A stretch of 64,000 nt of DNA from an uncultured Verrucomicrobiota bacterium (GTDB taxonomy: Bacteria > Verrucomicrobiota > Kiritimatiellia > RFP12 > UBA1067): NCBI GenBank assembly GCA_946610035.1, contig CAMOCC010000003.1:3713-67712 (forward strand). Reading direction: 5' to 3'. Within the stretch, counting starts at the first letter, position 1; each line of letters starts with the position of its first letter. Both the position numbers and the translations under genes were made by a program. The notes beneath the pieces are model-generated. The model searched no databases, was not told the DNA's origin, and worked only from the letters and a program-made list of their open reading frames with translations. Shown here piece by piece: positions 8,068 through 17,052 of this stretch.

Positions 8068-8788
8068 AGCGTTCATAGGCAAGCCGTCGAAGGACGAAAG
8101 CGGCAACGTCGTTTGGGATGGCGGCAACGAATACTGGCGCGACCTCTTCATGGAAGCTCCTACGGTGGCGCGTCTACGCCTTTCCTTGAATTTCTACTTC
8201 TCTGAGAACCACGAGAGACCCAACTTCCCGATGCTTGAATATCGTGCCATCCGCAAGGCAATCGAGGATGCAATGGACTTCGACTCGCTCGAATACCTCA
8301 TCGCAAACGAAAGTAACGTAGCGGCGAAGAACCATTACATAGGCATCTGGAAAGCGCGAATGGGCATGAAAGACAACTCTGATGACGAATGGAAACGCCT
8401 TATGCGCCGTGCAAGTACCGTCACCTCAAAGGCGAGCGTTGGCATGGCGTATCAGCGCATCAAAGGAAAGCCGTTTCCCGTCGCGAAGGCGAGAAGCGCA
8501 CTATGGCGCGGGGTATGGGTCTCTTCCGACGAATATGCCGCCGCACCCGAATGGGCGAAGCGATACTGCGAGCATAACGGATGGGTTGAGTATATCGGCA
8601 GGGGCGAACTGCCAGACGGCAAGGACGGGCGCAAGATGGACTATGCGTACATCTGCACGAAAATGAAAGACGCCGACTGGGACTTCCTCATAAAGCACAC
8701 CCACTCATACGCTCGCGGCATGGCTATCGGCATGGCGCGTAGGCATTACCAGCACAAGGACATTCGCGGCAACCCGATTGAGGGATAG
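7955..8788 (+). CDS. Hypothetical protein (no recognisable domain)
   Basis: Long ORF with balanced composition. I prefer the internal start MAKRIYKKLLY at 7955 to the ORF-track start at 7850. Confidence 0.55.
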   Translation: MAKRIYKKLLYTKVATPDDDNGGERTHITEDAMHSALEAFIGKPSKDESGNVVWDGGNEYWRDLFMEAPTVARLRLSLNFYFSENHERPNFPMLEYRAIRKAIEDAMDFDSLEYLIANESNVAAKNHYIGIWKARMGMKDNSDDEWKRLMRRASTVTSKASVGMAYQRIKGKPFPVAKARSALWRGVWVSSDEYAAAPEWAKRYCEHNGWVEYIGRGELPDGKDGRKMDYAYICTKMKDADWDFLIKHTHSYARGMAIGMARRHYQHKDIRGNPIEG

Positions 8789-8789
8789 G

Positions 8790-10247
8790 CTATGCGGTTT
8801 GCAACTCCGCCAAGCCCTTTGCGGTAAGGCGGTACTTTTGCGTGGGCGAACGCGGAGAATCGGGCTGTGACATTTCAATCAGCCCTTGCTCAAGTGCGGG
8901 GTTCAAATAGCGTGTGCGAAGCCTTTTACGGTCTTTTATGCCGATGCAAAGGAGCAATTCGGCATTGCCTTTTTCCCTGCGTCCAATGGCTTTTAGCAGA
9001 CGAATTACAAGAGCATCTACTGGGGGTGTTACTGGGGGTGTTACTGGGGGTGTCGCTTGTAGGCTACTTGTAGGGTTGCTTGTAGGGTTGATGCCTACTT
9101 GGGGTCTTACTGGGGGTGTTACTTGGGGTGTCGCTTGTTCGGCTTCCACCACCTGCCCCTCCCTGTCCTTGGTGATGTATGGGACGGTCATGCGGATGAA
9201 GTTGTCGAGAAACACGAAGTTCTCCCGCCCGTATTTCTGCATGATGTAGCCCATGCCGGAACCGAGCGATTCGACGAGTTCAAGGTCGCGGAAGATGCGC
9301 ATCAATTCCTTATTGCGCGGAATTGAGACACCCGCGAAGAAGTCATCCTTTGTCAGACCTTCCGGCAAGCGTCCGAACGATGTTATCTCCAGATGGTCGG
9401 AGAAGAGTTCGACCTTGGGCGGCACTTCGCGAGTGTAGTCGTTGTGGACGATGGCGTTGATAACGGCTTCGCGCACGGCTCTTTCGTCCCACAGCGGCGT
9501 GTCAATGCGCTCCAAAGCGGTTTTGCGCGTCCGCACGGTGTTCTCCACCTTCAGCCGTTCGATTACGCGCTTTGTAGCGGTGACGAGCGATGTCATGCCG
9601 TATTCGTTGTTGGCGACGAGTTCCACGCGGTCGCGCCCTGCGTACTTCGCAACCTTGATTGAGTTCGCGTTTTCGTCGGCAAGCAGATATGCGGCGTAGT
9701 TGTATGCGCCGTCGTCCGTCAGCAGTTCCAGCGTCCGCGCAAAATTGTCGTTGAGTTTGAAGCCATGTTCTTGGTAGTAGATGCGCAACTGCTCGAAGGT
9801 GAGGTCTTGGCGGACGGAGCGGATGCGCCCGATGGAGTTGCGCACACGCCTTGCGAACAGGTCTTCTATCATCGACTCCGGCATCGGTTCGCAAGCCGTG
9901 CCAATTCGGATGAAACAGCCTTTGGGGGTCATGCCGTATCGCTTGAGGTAGTACGGCTTCTCGCTCCCGCCGGCAAAGAACACCTTGATTACCTTCACCC
10001 CGCCTACCTCGTCCGCCGTCACGTCGAACAGCCCCATCGCGGACGGAAGTATGTTGTTGCGCAGTCTGTCCTTGATTCGGAGCATATCGCCGTCGATGTC
10101 CTTCACGCCGACAGGATTCCCCAGTTTGTCGATGCCGATGTACAGGATGCCGCCTTCACGTCGATTGAGAAAAGCAACGGACTCTTCTTCAAGGTCGATG
10201 TCGGGCGACAATTCACGCTTGTATTCTATCCTGTCTGTTTCAGTCAT
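8790..10247 (-). CDS. AlbA_2 (Schlafen-like) + HATPase_c_4 ATP-binding protein with C-terminal winged-helix; defence-island type regulator/ATPase
   Basis: N-terminus ETDRIEYKRELSPD...GGILYIGID (AlbA_2 signature). REAVINAIVHNDYT (HATPase_c_4-type). Pro/Thr repeat linker (TPPVTPPVTPPV). C-terminal ...PDSPRSPTQKYRLTAKG wHTH tail. Confidence 0.8.
   Translation of the reverse strand: MTETDRIEYKRELSPDIDLEEESVAFLNRREGGILYIGIDKLGNPVGVKDIDGDMLRIKDRLRNNILPSAMGLFDVTADEVGGVKVIKVFFAGGSEKPYYLKRYGMTPKGCFIRIGTACEPMPESMIEDLFARRVRNSIGRIRSVRQDLTFEQLRIYYQEHGFKLNDNFARTLELLTDDGAYNYAAYLLADENANSIKVAKYAGRDRVELVANNEYGMTSLVTATKRVIERLKVENTVRTRKTALERIDTPLWDERAVREAVINAIVHNDYTREVPPKVELFSDHLEITSFGRLPEGLTKDDFFAGVSIPRNKELMRIFRDLELVESLGSGMGYIMQKYGRENFVFLDNFIRMTVPYITKDREGQVVEAEQATPQVTPPVRPQVGINPTSNPTSSLQATPPVTPPVTPPVDALVIRLLKAIGRREKGNAELLLCIGIKDRKRLRTRYLNPALEQGLIEMSQPDSPRSPTQKYRLTAKGLAELQTA
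9019..9138. repeat. Nested 12-bp/30-bp tandem repeats encoding the Pro/Thr linker of the AlbA_2 protein
   Basis: actgggggtgtt x3 at 9019-9054. The block actgggggtgttactgggggtgtcgcttgt (9031-9060) recurs at 9109-9138 with 1 mismatch. cttgtagggttg occurs x2 in between. Confidence 0.85.
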
Positions 10248-10413
10248 CGGGGCATATTATACCATATTCTCATTCCTCATTGGAGGTGCGACCGAAACGA
10301 AAAAGGCGGCTTGGTGCGGCGGTGCGGCAAACAAACCATTAGAACTTCGGGTAGAAATAACCAACGCCAAAATCGCACTCTTGCGTTTTGCCGCCCACCG
10401 CGAAGCGCAAAAA

Positions 10414-10422
10414 TGGTATAAT
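10414..10422 (+). promoter_or_regulatory. Extended -10 promoter TGGTATAAT upstream of the RM gene leader
   Basis: Exact TGgTATAAT at 10414-10422, about 240 nt upstream of the ATG at 10662. Confidence 0.55.
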
Positions 10423-10525
10423 ACACACCAATTCAAGCCGCCAATGCCCCGGCATGGGCGGCGCGAAGGACATAGCCAACGCGGACATGGTGTCCGTTGA
10501 GGAGTTTGCAGGGAACTGCAACAAT

Positions 10526-10655
10526 CGCTGATTTGAAACCTGAAAAGTTCAGTCTATAGTGATTCGTTGTGGGGTTCACGCGAAAGCGTGGCCTCTCTTC
10601 GTGTACTATAGACTGGCAATCTCAGGGCCTCAAATCAGCGCATGAAAGAGAGGCC
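10526..10655 (+). promoter_or_regulatory. Structured 5' leader of the type IIG RM gene (nested perfect helices; possible SD-sequestering alternative pairing)
   Basis: Perfect 11-bp helix 10526-10536 / 10630-10640. Perfect 11-bp helix 10550-10560 / 10605-10615. GAAA-capped hairpin 10577-10590. 10-bp pairing 10590-10599 with 10646-10655, which covers the purine-rich AGAGAGG just before the ATG. Confidence 0.55.
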
Positions 10656-10661
10656 CTTAAA

Positions 10662-13600
10662 ATGACAAAGAAGAATACGACGAACGCGAAGAACCCTTCT
10701 GCAACGAGGGGTTTGGATGGTCAACATGCCGCCATCAATGACTATATTGCAGATGTCGAAAGGATGTGGAAGACAGGAACAGCCCGCGAACACACGTACC
10801 GTTTCGCACTTGTGAATCTTCTTGAAACTCTCATTCCTGGATCTACGGTTGTGAACGATGGCGCGCAGATTGAGTGCGGTGCGCCGGACTGCACTATCAT
10901 ACGAAACGGCATGGCGGTCGGCTACGTAGAGGCAAAGAACATCGGCGTCGGCGACCTCGAAGGGAAGAAGGCAACCGGCAACAAAGAGCAGTTCGACCGA
11001 TACAAAGCCTCGCTCGACAATATCGCCTTTACGGACTACCTTGAATTTCTTTTCTACAGCAAGGGTCAGCTCATAGATTCCGTGCGCATCGGGGAAATCG
11101 CGGGGAAGGACATCCGCCCCCTATCCGAAAACTTCGGCAAGTTCCTTTCGCTCGTGGAAAAGCTCGGCGACGCCACCCCACAAACGGTTACCTCGCCGAC
11201 CCAACTTGCACAGCTCATGGCGGGCAAGGCGCGGCTTCTTCAGGTCGCGGCGCAGAAGCTCCTTTCGAGCGGACACGCGAAAGGCTCCACTCTTTGGGAG
11301 TTGCTGGAGGGATTCAAGCGCGTCCTCATGCCCAACACCACGTCCGAGGAGTTTTCCGACATCTACGCACAGACGCTGACATACGGCATGTTCGCCGCCC
11401 GTCTCCACGATAATACGCCGGAGAATTTTTCGCGCGAAGAAGCGGCGCGGCTCATCCCGAAAAGCAATCCATTCCTGCGCAAACTCTTCAACCACATCAA
11501 TTCGGACATCGAGAAGGAAATCGAGTGGGCGGTCGACGACATCGTGCGCCTGTTCGCCGCCGCAGATGTGCGTGGCATCATGAAGGACTACGGAACGTCC
11601 AAGAAGCGAAGCGACCCGATGATCCACTTCTACGAGGACTTCCTCAACGCCTACGACGCGGGACTGCGCAAGGACAGGGGCGTATGGTACACGCCGCTCC
11701 CGGTCGTGCGCTTCATCGTCCGTGCCGTCGATGACATCCTCACAAAGCGTTTTGGCATCGCAGATGGCATCGCCAGCCGAGACACTGTGCAGGTTTCTGT
11801 GACAGAGAGTTGCGACACGGGAAAGAAACTGACAAAAAAGGTCAAGAAGACCGTGCCGAAAGTCCAGATTCTCGATCCCGCGACGGGAACGGGAACGTTC
11901 CTCGCCGAATGCATCAACCAAATCTACGACAAATTTGCCGCCAACAAGGGCAAGTGGCCCGGCTATGTCGCCGAGAACCTCATTCCGCGTCTCAACGGCT
12001 TTGAGCTTCTGATGGCCCCCTACACGATGGCGCACATCAAGCTCGACCGCGTTCTCGCCGACACCGGCTATGAACACAATACGGACAAACGCTTCAACAT
12101 CTTCCTGACCAACTCGCTTGAGAAGGCGAAGGACTTGGACGGTACGCTCTTCGACATACTCCTCGGCGCGGAGGCGAACGCCGCGAACGCCGTGAAGCGC
12201 GACTGCCCCGTGATGGTCGTCATGGGCAACCCGCCCTACAGCGGCGAAAGCCAAAACAAAGGCGATTTGTTCAAGGACTTCATGAAACTGATGAATGCCT
12301 ACAAGAAAGAGCCGGGAGGCAAAGAGAAGCTGAAGGAGCGCAACCCGAAGTGGCTGAATGACGACTATGTGAAGTTCATCCGTCTTGCGCAGGATTATGT
12401 GGAGCGCAAGGGCGAAGGAATTCTTGCCTATATCAATCCACACGGATTTCTTGACAACCCGACATTTCGAGGAATGCGCTGGAATCTTCTTAATGCGTTT
12501 GATGAAATCTACGTCCTCAACCTTCACGGGAACGCGAAGAGGCATGAGGTCTGCCCAGACGGAAGCAAAGACGAGAACGTGTTCACAATCATGCAGGGTG
12601 TGAGCATCAACGTTTTCGTCAAGACGGGCAAGAAGCCTGCTGGCGCACTCGGCAAGGTTTACTACGCCGACCTGTGGGGGACGCGCAAAGACAAATACAA
12701 GTTCCTCGAATCTACGGGCTTTGCCGATGTTGCCTATGAAGAGGTTAAGCCTGTCACGCCAATGTACTTCTTTGTGCCGAAGAACACAAAAGGCAAAGGT
12801 GTCTATGAAAATGGCTTTAGCATAAAGGAATTATTCATAGAAGATGGCATGGGGGTGACTTCTGCACATGACACCTTTGCGTATGGTGACTATGACACTC
12901 TCGTGCATCGTTTCACAGCGTTTAAGAATTCTTTAGCGCATGAGAATCTTTACGCGAAGTTTAATGTCCGGGAGAAAGCAGGGTGGGATATCGTAAAAGC
13001 GCATAAAGCTCTTCAGGGGACAAACAACATCAGCGATAGTATTCGTCCAATGACGTATCGACCATTTGACGACACTTGTGTATTTTATGATGATACAGTT
13101 GTGTGGCGTAGTGTTCGAAAAATCTTCAACCATTTCATTGCCGGTGAGAATATTGGTCTATGCTTGATACGTATCAATAGCAGGGATAATAATTCTCCTG
13201 TCTTTGTGACGGACAAGATAACCGACAAGACTATTTTGTCGTCAAAAGACAACGCAAACGTCTTCCCTCTCTATCTCTACCACGATACGCTTGGGAAGGT
13301 GGAGAAAGTGCCGAATCTGAACAAAGATGTCGTCACGAAGATTGAAGAATCTCTCCGCGCCTCTGCGTCTCTGCGTGAGAAACCTACGCCCGAGTCCATC
13401 TTCGACTACATCTATGCCGTTCTGCACACACCCGAATACCGCGAACGCTACAGGGAATTCCTCAAGGTCGATTTTCCGCGCATACCATACCCGACTAACG
13501 CCGCGACCTTCAAGAAACTTGCGAAGATTGGCGGCGAACTGCGCGAAACGCATCTGCTGAAGATCAAACCTACAACCAGCGAACGCAACCGCACAGCGAA

Positions 13601-13877
13601 CTTTCCGAAGGCGGGAAGTAACACCGTCGAGGATGTTCGCTTTGTCAACAGCAAGGTGTACATCAACGACGAACAATACTTCGACCATGTGCCGGAAGAG
13701 GCATGGAGCATGTTCATCGGCGGCTACCAACCCGCACAGAAATGGTTGAAGGACAGGAGAGGCCGCACACTCACGAACGAGGACATCGACCACTACCAGG
13801 AGATCATCTTCGCGCTTTCCCGCACCCGCGCCCTTATGCAGAAACTCTCTGCGCTGTCGAAGGAGTGGCTTGGCTGA
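10662..13877 (+). CDS. Single-polypeptide type IIG/IIL-like restriction-modification enzyme (N-terminal PD-(D/E)XK nuclease, gamma-class N6-adenine methyltransferase, C-terminal specificity domain)
   Basis: Nuclease motif GAPDCTI...VGYVEAK. MTase motif I ILDPATGTGTFL and motif IV VVMGNPPYSGES. C-terminal HTPEYRERYREFLKVDFPRIPYP, typical of type ISP/IIG C-terminal domains. Start MTKKNTT chosen at 10662. Confidence 0.8.
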   Translation: MTKKNTTNAKNPSATRGLDGQHAAINDYIADVERMWKTGTAREHTYRFALVNLLETLIPGSTVVNDGAQIECGAPDCTIIRNGMAVGYVEAKNIGVGDLEGKKATGNKEQFDRYKASLDNIAFTDYLEFLFYSKGQLIDSVRIGEIAGKDIRPLSENFGKFLSLVEKLGDATPQTVTSPTQLAQLMAGKARLLQVAAQKLLSSGHAKGSTLWELLEGFKRVLMPNTTSEEFSDIYAQTLTYGMFAARLHDNTPENFSREEAARLIPKSNPFLRKLFNHINSDIEKEIEWAVDDIVRLFAAADVRGIMKDYGTSKKRSDPMIHFYEDFLNAYDAGLRKDRGVWYTPLPVVRFIVRAVDDILTKRFGIADGIASRDTVQVSVTESCDTGKKLTKKVKKTVPKVQILDPATGTGTFLAECINQIYDKFAANKGKWPGYVAENLIPRLNGFELLMAPYTMAHIKLDRVLADTGYEHNTDKRFNIFLTNSLEKAKDLDGTLFDILLGAEANAANAVKRDCPVMVVMGNPPYSGESQNKGDLFKDFMKLMNAYKKEPGGKEKLKERNPKWLNDDYVKFIRLAQDYVERKGEGILAYINPHGFLDNPTFRGMRWNLLNAFDEIYVLNLHGNAKRHEVCPDGSKDENVFTIMQGVSINVFVKTGKKPAGALGKVYYADLWGTRKDKYKFLESTGFADVAYEEVKPVTPMYFFVPKNTKGKGVYENGFSIKELFIEDGMGVTSAHDTFAYGDYDTLVHRFTAFKNSLAHENLYAKFNVREKAGWDIVKAHKALQGTNNISDSIRPMTYRPFDDTCVFYDDTVVWRSVRKIFNHFIAGENIGLCLIRINSRDNNSPVFVTDKITDKTILSSKDNANVFPLYLYHDTLGKVEKVPNLNKDVVTKIEESLRASASLREKPTPESIFDYIYAVLHTPEYRERYREFLKVDFPRIPYPTNAATFKKLAKIGGELRETHLLKIKPTTSERNRTANFPKAGSNTVEDVRFVNSKVYINDEQYFDHVPEEAWSMFIGGYQPAQKWLKDRRGRTLTNEDIDHYQEIIFALSRTRALMQKLSALSKEWLG

Positions 13878-13921
13878 GCTGTTGTGGATGGGGGCGAATC
13901 GCCGTCTAACGGTCGCATATT

Positions 13922-13930
13922 TGCTATAAT
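13922..13930 (+). promoter_or_regulatory. Extended -10 promoter TGCTATAAT for the secreted hydrolase cassette
   Basis: TGcTATAAT at 13922-13930, 24 nt before the ATG at 13955. Confidence 0.5.
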
Positions 13931-13954
13931 AGTAAGCACGATACCACGGCGTGT

Positions 13955-15826
13955 ATGAAGAAAACAAGGCAGACAGCATCCGTTGGCATGGTTTCCCGCC
14001 TCGCAGGGGCAGGGATGCTCTTCGCGTTCGCGGCGTTTCTGACGCCGTTCGCCGCTCATGCGGAGAGCGACCTTGACGCATATTTGCGCGGCAAGATGTT
14101 CCGCATGTGGGTGAACGACGACGCGGACATCGCCGATGGCGAAGATGATTTTGTCGATATCCCGAATCAGTCCAACGCCGACTGCAAGGACAGCGTGGTG
14201 AACGGACGGCGCGATCTTGTCGACTTCTTCCCGATGTGGCTCAACATTTCACCGTTTCAACCGTGGCTTGAAAGCGGCAAGGTCGGTGTGGGGCTCATGC
14301 ATCCCGACGCGGCGATCAACATTGTGTGGACGAGTCTCGGCAATCTGGAGGCGGGGAAGTTCCACCGCGAAGACATCGGCGGGTGCGGTCCGAATCTTGA
14401 TCAGGCTGCGCACACTGCGGCGGTTGTCAGGGTGACGGCTGCGGGAATCAACGTGCCCGACAACGTGCTGGCGATGATTGCGCAGGATTCGTCAAAGGGC
14501 GTGATGATGGCTGAGGGTATCCGCCCTTCGTCCGCGCCGCTTGTCATTGTTTTCTTTGACAAGACGTCGCGACAAGTCCTGTATTCGTTCGGACTTCCCC
14601 TGTGCATCAGCCATGTCGAGGACATGTACCGCTGGGCGAACATCCGGGCGGCGGCGGGGGTCGATGTCGGGACGGGGCGGGAGTCGAGGCTGTCCGAGCC
14701 GTCTGGACTGCCCGATTCGGACACGAACGGAAAGCACTTCCTTTTCGTCCACGGCTATTCAGTCAGCGAGGAAAAGGCGCGCGGATGGGGCGCGGAGATG
14801 TTCAAGCGGATGTGGCAGGCGGGGGCGAACTGTGCGTTCACGGCTGTGACATGGTACGGCGACGACAGCCGCCACGGGTGGTACCTCGACAACACGCCGA
14901 ATTACTACGTCAACGTGGAACATGCATTTGAGTCGGCGTCTGCGCTCACCAACATCGTCGCGCAGTTGTCTGGCGAGAAGGTCATTGCGGCACACAGTCT
15001 CGGCAACATGCTCGTGTCGAGCGCAATTGCCGACCACGGGATGCAAGTCTCGTCGTACTTCATGCTGAACGCGGCGGTGCCGATGGAGGCATACGACGAT
15101 GGGGCGATAACGGACGAGTCCTCATACAACATGGCGAATCCCGACTGGCATGACTACACCAATCGCCTGTGGGCGAGCCGCTGGCACGAGGCGTGGAAGC
15201 GGCTTGACCCGAACGACGGACGTTGCGGGATGACATGGCGCGGCCGGTTCGCAAGCATCACGAACGCCTACAACTACTATTCGACCGGCGAAGACGTCCT
15301 GACGAACGGCGTGGGGCGACTGATGCCGGTTCTCTCTGCGGATTTTGCCTGGTATAATCAGGAGTCACGCAAGGGACAGTGGACGATGCTCCTGCCGGGG
15401 AACAATGAAGCGGGATGGTCGTTCAACAGCGACTATGACAATCTCCTTTCCCACATGAATCCGACGAACGCGGCGGAATTGGCGGACTTGCTGATTTGCA
15501 CAAACTCATTCTTCGGACTTTTCGATGAGCGTGGACTCTACGGAACAAACGGATCGTTCCTTGCTACGCAACCAGCCATCCGAGCACATGCGCTCGCCGA
15601 CGGCATTCCCGCCGAATCGTATGCAGCAGGGGCGAATGCGATTGATCCTGCTGGAATATGGGAATACCGGAATGAAAACATGCCGGAATTATCGCTAGCC
15701 GCATGGGAACGCTTATATGGGGTTGGACATAATCAAGCTTGGAAGCACAGTGATATAAAGAACCGACCGTATCAAGTAGTCCGTGATGTATTTCTGTCAA
15801 TCATTGAGAAAGGAAATCTACGATGA
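13955..15826 (+). CDS. Secreted alpha/beta-hydrolase (lipase/esterase-like) with ~240-aa N-terminal acidic domain
   Basis: Signal peptide ...LFAFAAFLTPFAAHA|ES. HG oxyanion motif FLFVHGYS. Nucleophile elbow AAHSLGN. 623 aa. Confidence 0.7.
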   Translation: MKKTRQTASVGMVSRLAGAGMLFAFAAFLTPFAAHAESDLDAYLRGKMFRMWVNDDADIADGEDDFVDIPNQSNADCKDSVVNGRRDLVDFFPMWLNISPFQPWLESGKVGVGLMHPDAAINIVWTSLGNLEAGKFHREDIGGCGPNLDQAAHTAAVVRVTAAGINVPDNVLAMIAQDSSKGVMMAEGIRPSSAPLVIVFFDKTSRQVLYSFGLPLCISHVEDMYRWANIRAAAGVDVGTGRESRLSEPSGLPDSDTNGKHFLFVHGYSVSEEKARGWGAEMFKRMWQAGANCAFTAVTWYGDDSRHGWYLDNTPNYYVNVEHAFESASALTNIVAQLSGEKVIAAHSLGNMLVSSAIADHGMQVSSYFMLNAAVPMEAYDDGAITDESSYNMANPDWHDYTNRLWASRWHEAWKRLDPNDGRCGMTWRGRFASITNAYNYYSTGEDVLTNGVGRLMPVLSADFAWYNQESRKGQWTMLLPGNNEAGWSFNSDYDNLLSHMNPTNAAELADLLICTNSFFGLFDERGLYGTNGSFLATQPAIRAHALADGIPAESYAAGANAIDPAGIWEYRNENMPELSLAAWERLYGVGHNQAWKHSDIKNRPYQVVRDVFLSIIEKGNLR

Positions 15827-16806
15827 AGAACGTAATGGCATTGGCAATGCTCTTCGCCGCTTCAGGCTGTACTAATGTAATAGCCGCAGTATTCCAGCGG
15901 AATTCCACGGTACACTTCAAGGTCGTTGACTATAACGACAATGCCGTGAGTAATGCCACTGCAAAAATCAATACAATGAAGAAATGGATTCCCGGAGAAA
16001 ACTTCGGGCGCACGGTTTACATGGACGTTTATGGAAATTCTGATACGAATGGCGAGATACATATTACCTTTCCGTGTAAATCCACGATGTTTTCCTACAC
16101 GATAGGTGCGGAAGGTTTCTATGGTTGCGGCGGCGGGGCGCAGTTTGCGGCAGTTCCCGATGGTCTGGATTTGCGACAGACGCAGTTCGAGACAAATCTT
16201 GTCGTGCAGCTGAAGCCAATTGTGAAGCCGATTCCAATGTGCGTCTTGAGACAAATAATCCACCACCCGATGAAATACCCTAATAATGCCACCTCTGGCG
16301 CATGGGGATTCGATATGGAAAAAGGCGATTGGGTGAAGCCTGATGGGAAAGGCGACATTACAGATTTCGTTGTGGAATGTTCTGACGAACACTTTGCAAA
16401 AGACAAGGCCCTTGATTGCGCACTTGTGTTCACCAATAGTGTACACGATGGATTCTATATGGCGAAATGTACTGGAACGAGATTCCGTTCGGACTATACG
16501 GCAGGTACAAATGCCGTATACATGAAGCGTCTTGATTTTGCTTCGTGGGGCAAGAAGTACAAAGGACGATATGCAACGCAACTTCTTGACGATGACGAAT
16601 ATATAGTCATACGTACTCGTACAAAATGCGATGACAGGGGAAATATAGTTTCCGCGCACTATGCAAAGATATATGGACCAATTAATCTTAAGAGCGGAAT
16701 ATATTCAAAAGGGATGTATTTCAACCCCAACGAGAACGATCCGAACCTTGAGGCGGACACGACGGTCAACCTCATCCCGGGCGGAGAAAAGGGGTTCGCA
16801 CCATGA
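15823..16806 (+). CDS. Probable lipoprotein, partner of the hydrolase (paralog of 17053..17973)
   Basis: ATGA overlap with the upstream stop. Lipobox-like MLFAASGC. Shares VxxKVVD, DW..P.GKG, DGFY, Y.V.R.RT....G.V..AHY, FN...ND.NLE blocks with the ORF at 17053. Confidence 0.7.
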   Translation: MKNVMALAMLFAASGCTNVIAAVFQRNSTVHFKVVDYNDNAVSNATAKINTMKKWIPGENFGRTVYMDVYGNSDTNGEIHITFPCKSTMFSYTIGAEGFYGCGGGAQFAAVPDGLDLRQTQFETNLVVQLKPIVKPIPMCVLRQIIHHPMKYPNNATSGAWGFDMEKGDWVKPDGKGDITDFVVECSDEHFAKDKALDCALVFTNSVHDGFYMAKCTGTRFRSDYTAGTNAVYMKRLDFASWGKKYKGRYATQLLDDDEYIVIRTRTKCDDRGNIVSAHYAKIYGPINLKSGIYSKGMYFNPNENDPNLEADTTVNLIPGGEKGFAP

Positions 16807-16985
16807 TTGATAGCGTATCGCGGCAGATTTGCCGCCGTATCGTAGGATTCCTACTTGCATTCGCGGCGGTTCTGACGCCGTTCGCCGCTCATGCGGAAAA
16901 GGCGAATGTCTTTTTCATTCACGGCGCGAACGTGAGCGAAAACGACGCACGGGCTTGGGCGGGCGGTTCCTTCATTCGGACATAA
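16803..16985 (+). pseudogene. Truncated copy of the secreted alpha/beta-hydrolase (signal peptide fused to the HG-motif region, then stop)
   Basis: 60-aa ORF. 16864-16897 matches 14031-14064 (34 nt, 1 mismatch; signal peptide). NVFFIHGANVSENDARAWAGGSF aligns with HFLFVHGYSVSEEKARGWGAEMF of the full gene. The catalytic Ser region is absent. Confidence 0.7.
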
Positions 16986-17052
16986 AGGACGTCGCATATT
17001 TCTTCGTGCATCCAGTCTTTAGAAAGATTGTTGAAGTTGGAGGGTTGAACCA

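Noticed and set aside
10423-10525. Third copy of the structured RNA family, downstream of the promoter at 10414.
   Set aside because: It shares only a hairpin right after the promoter and a loose CCAAC.GCGG...GGTG resemblance. It is not alignable helix by helix, so I treated it as part of the RM leader instead.
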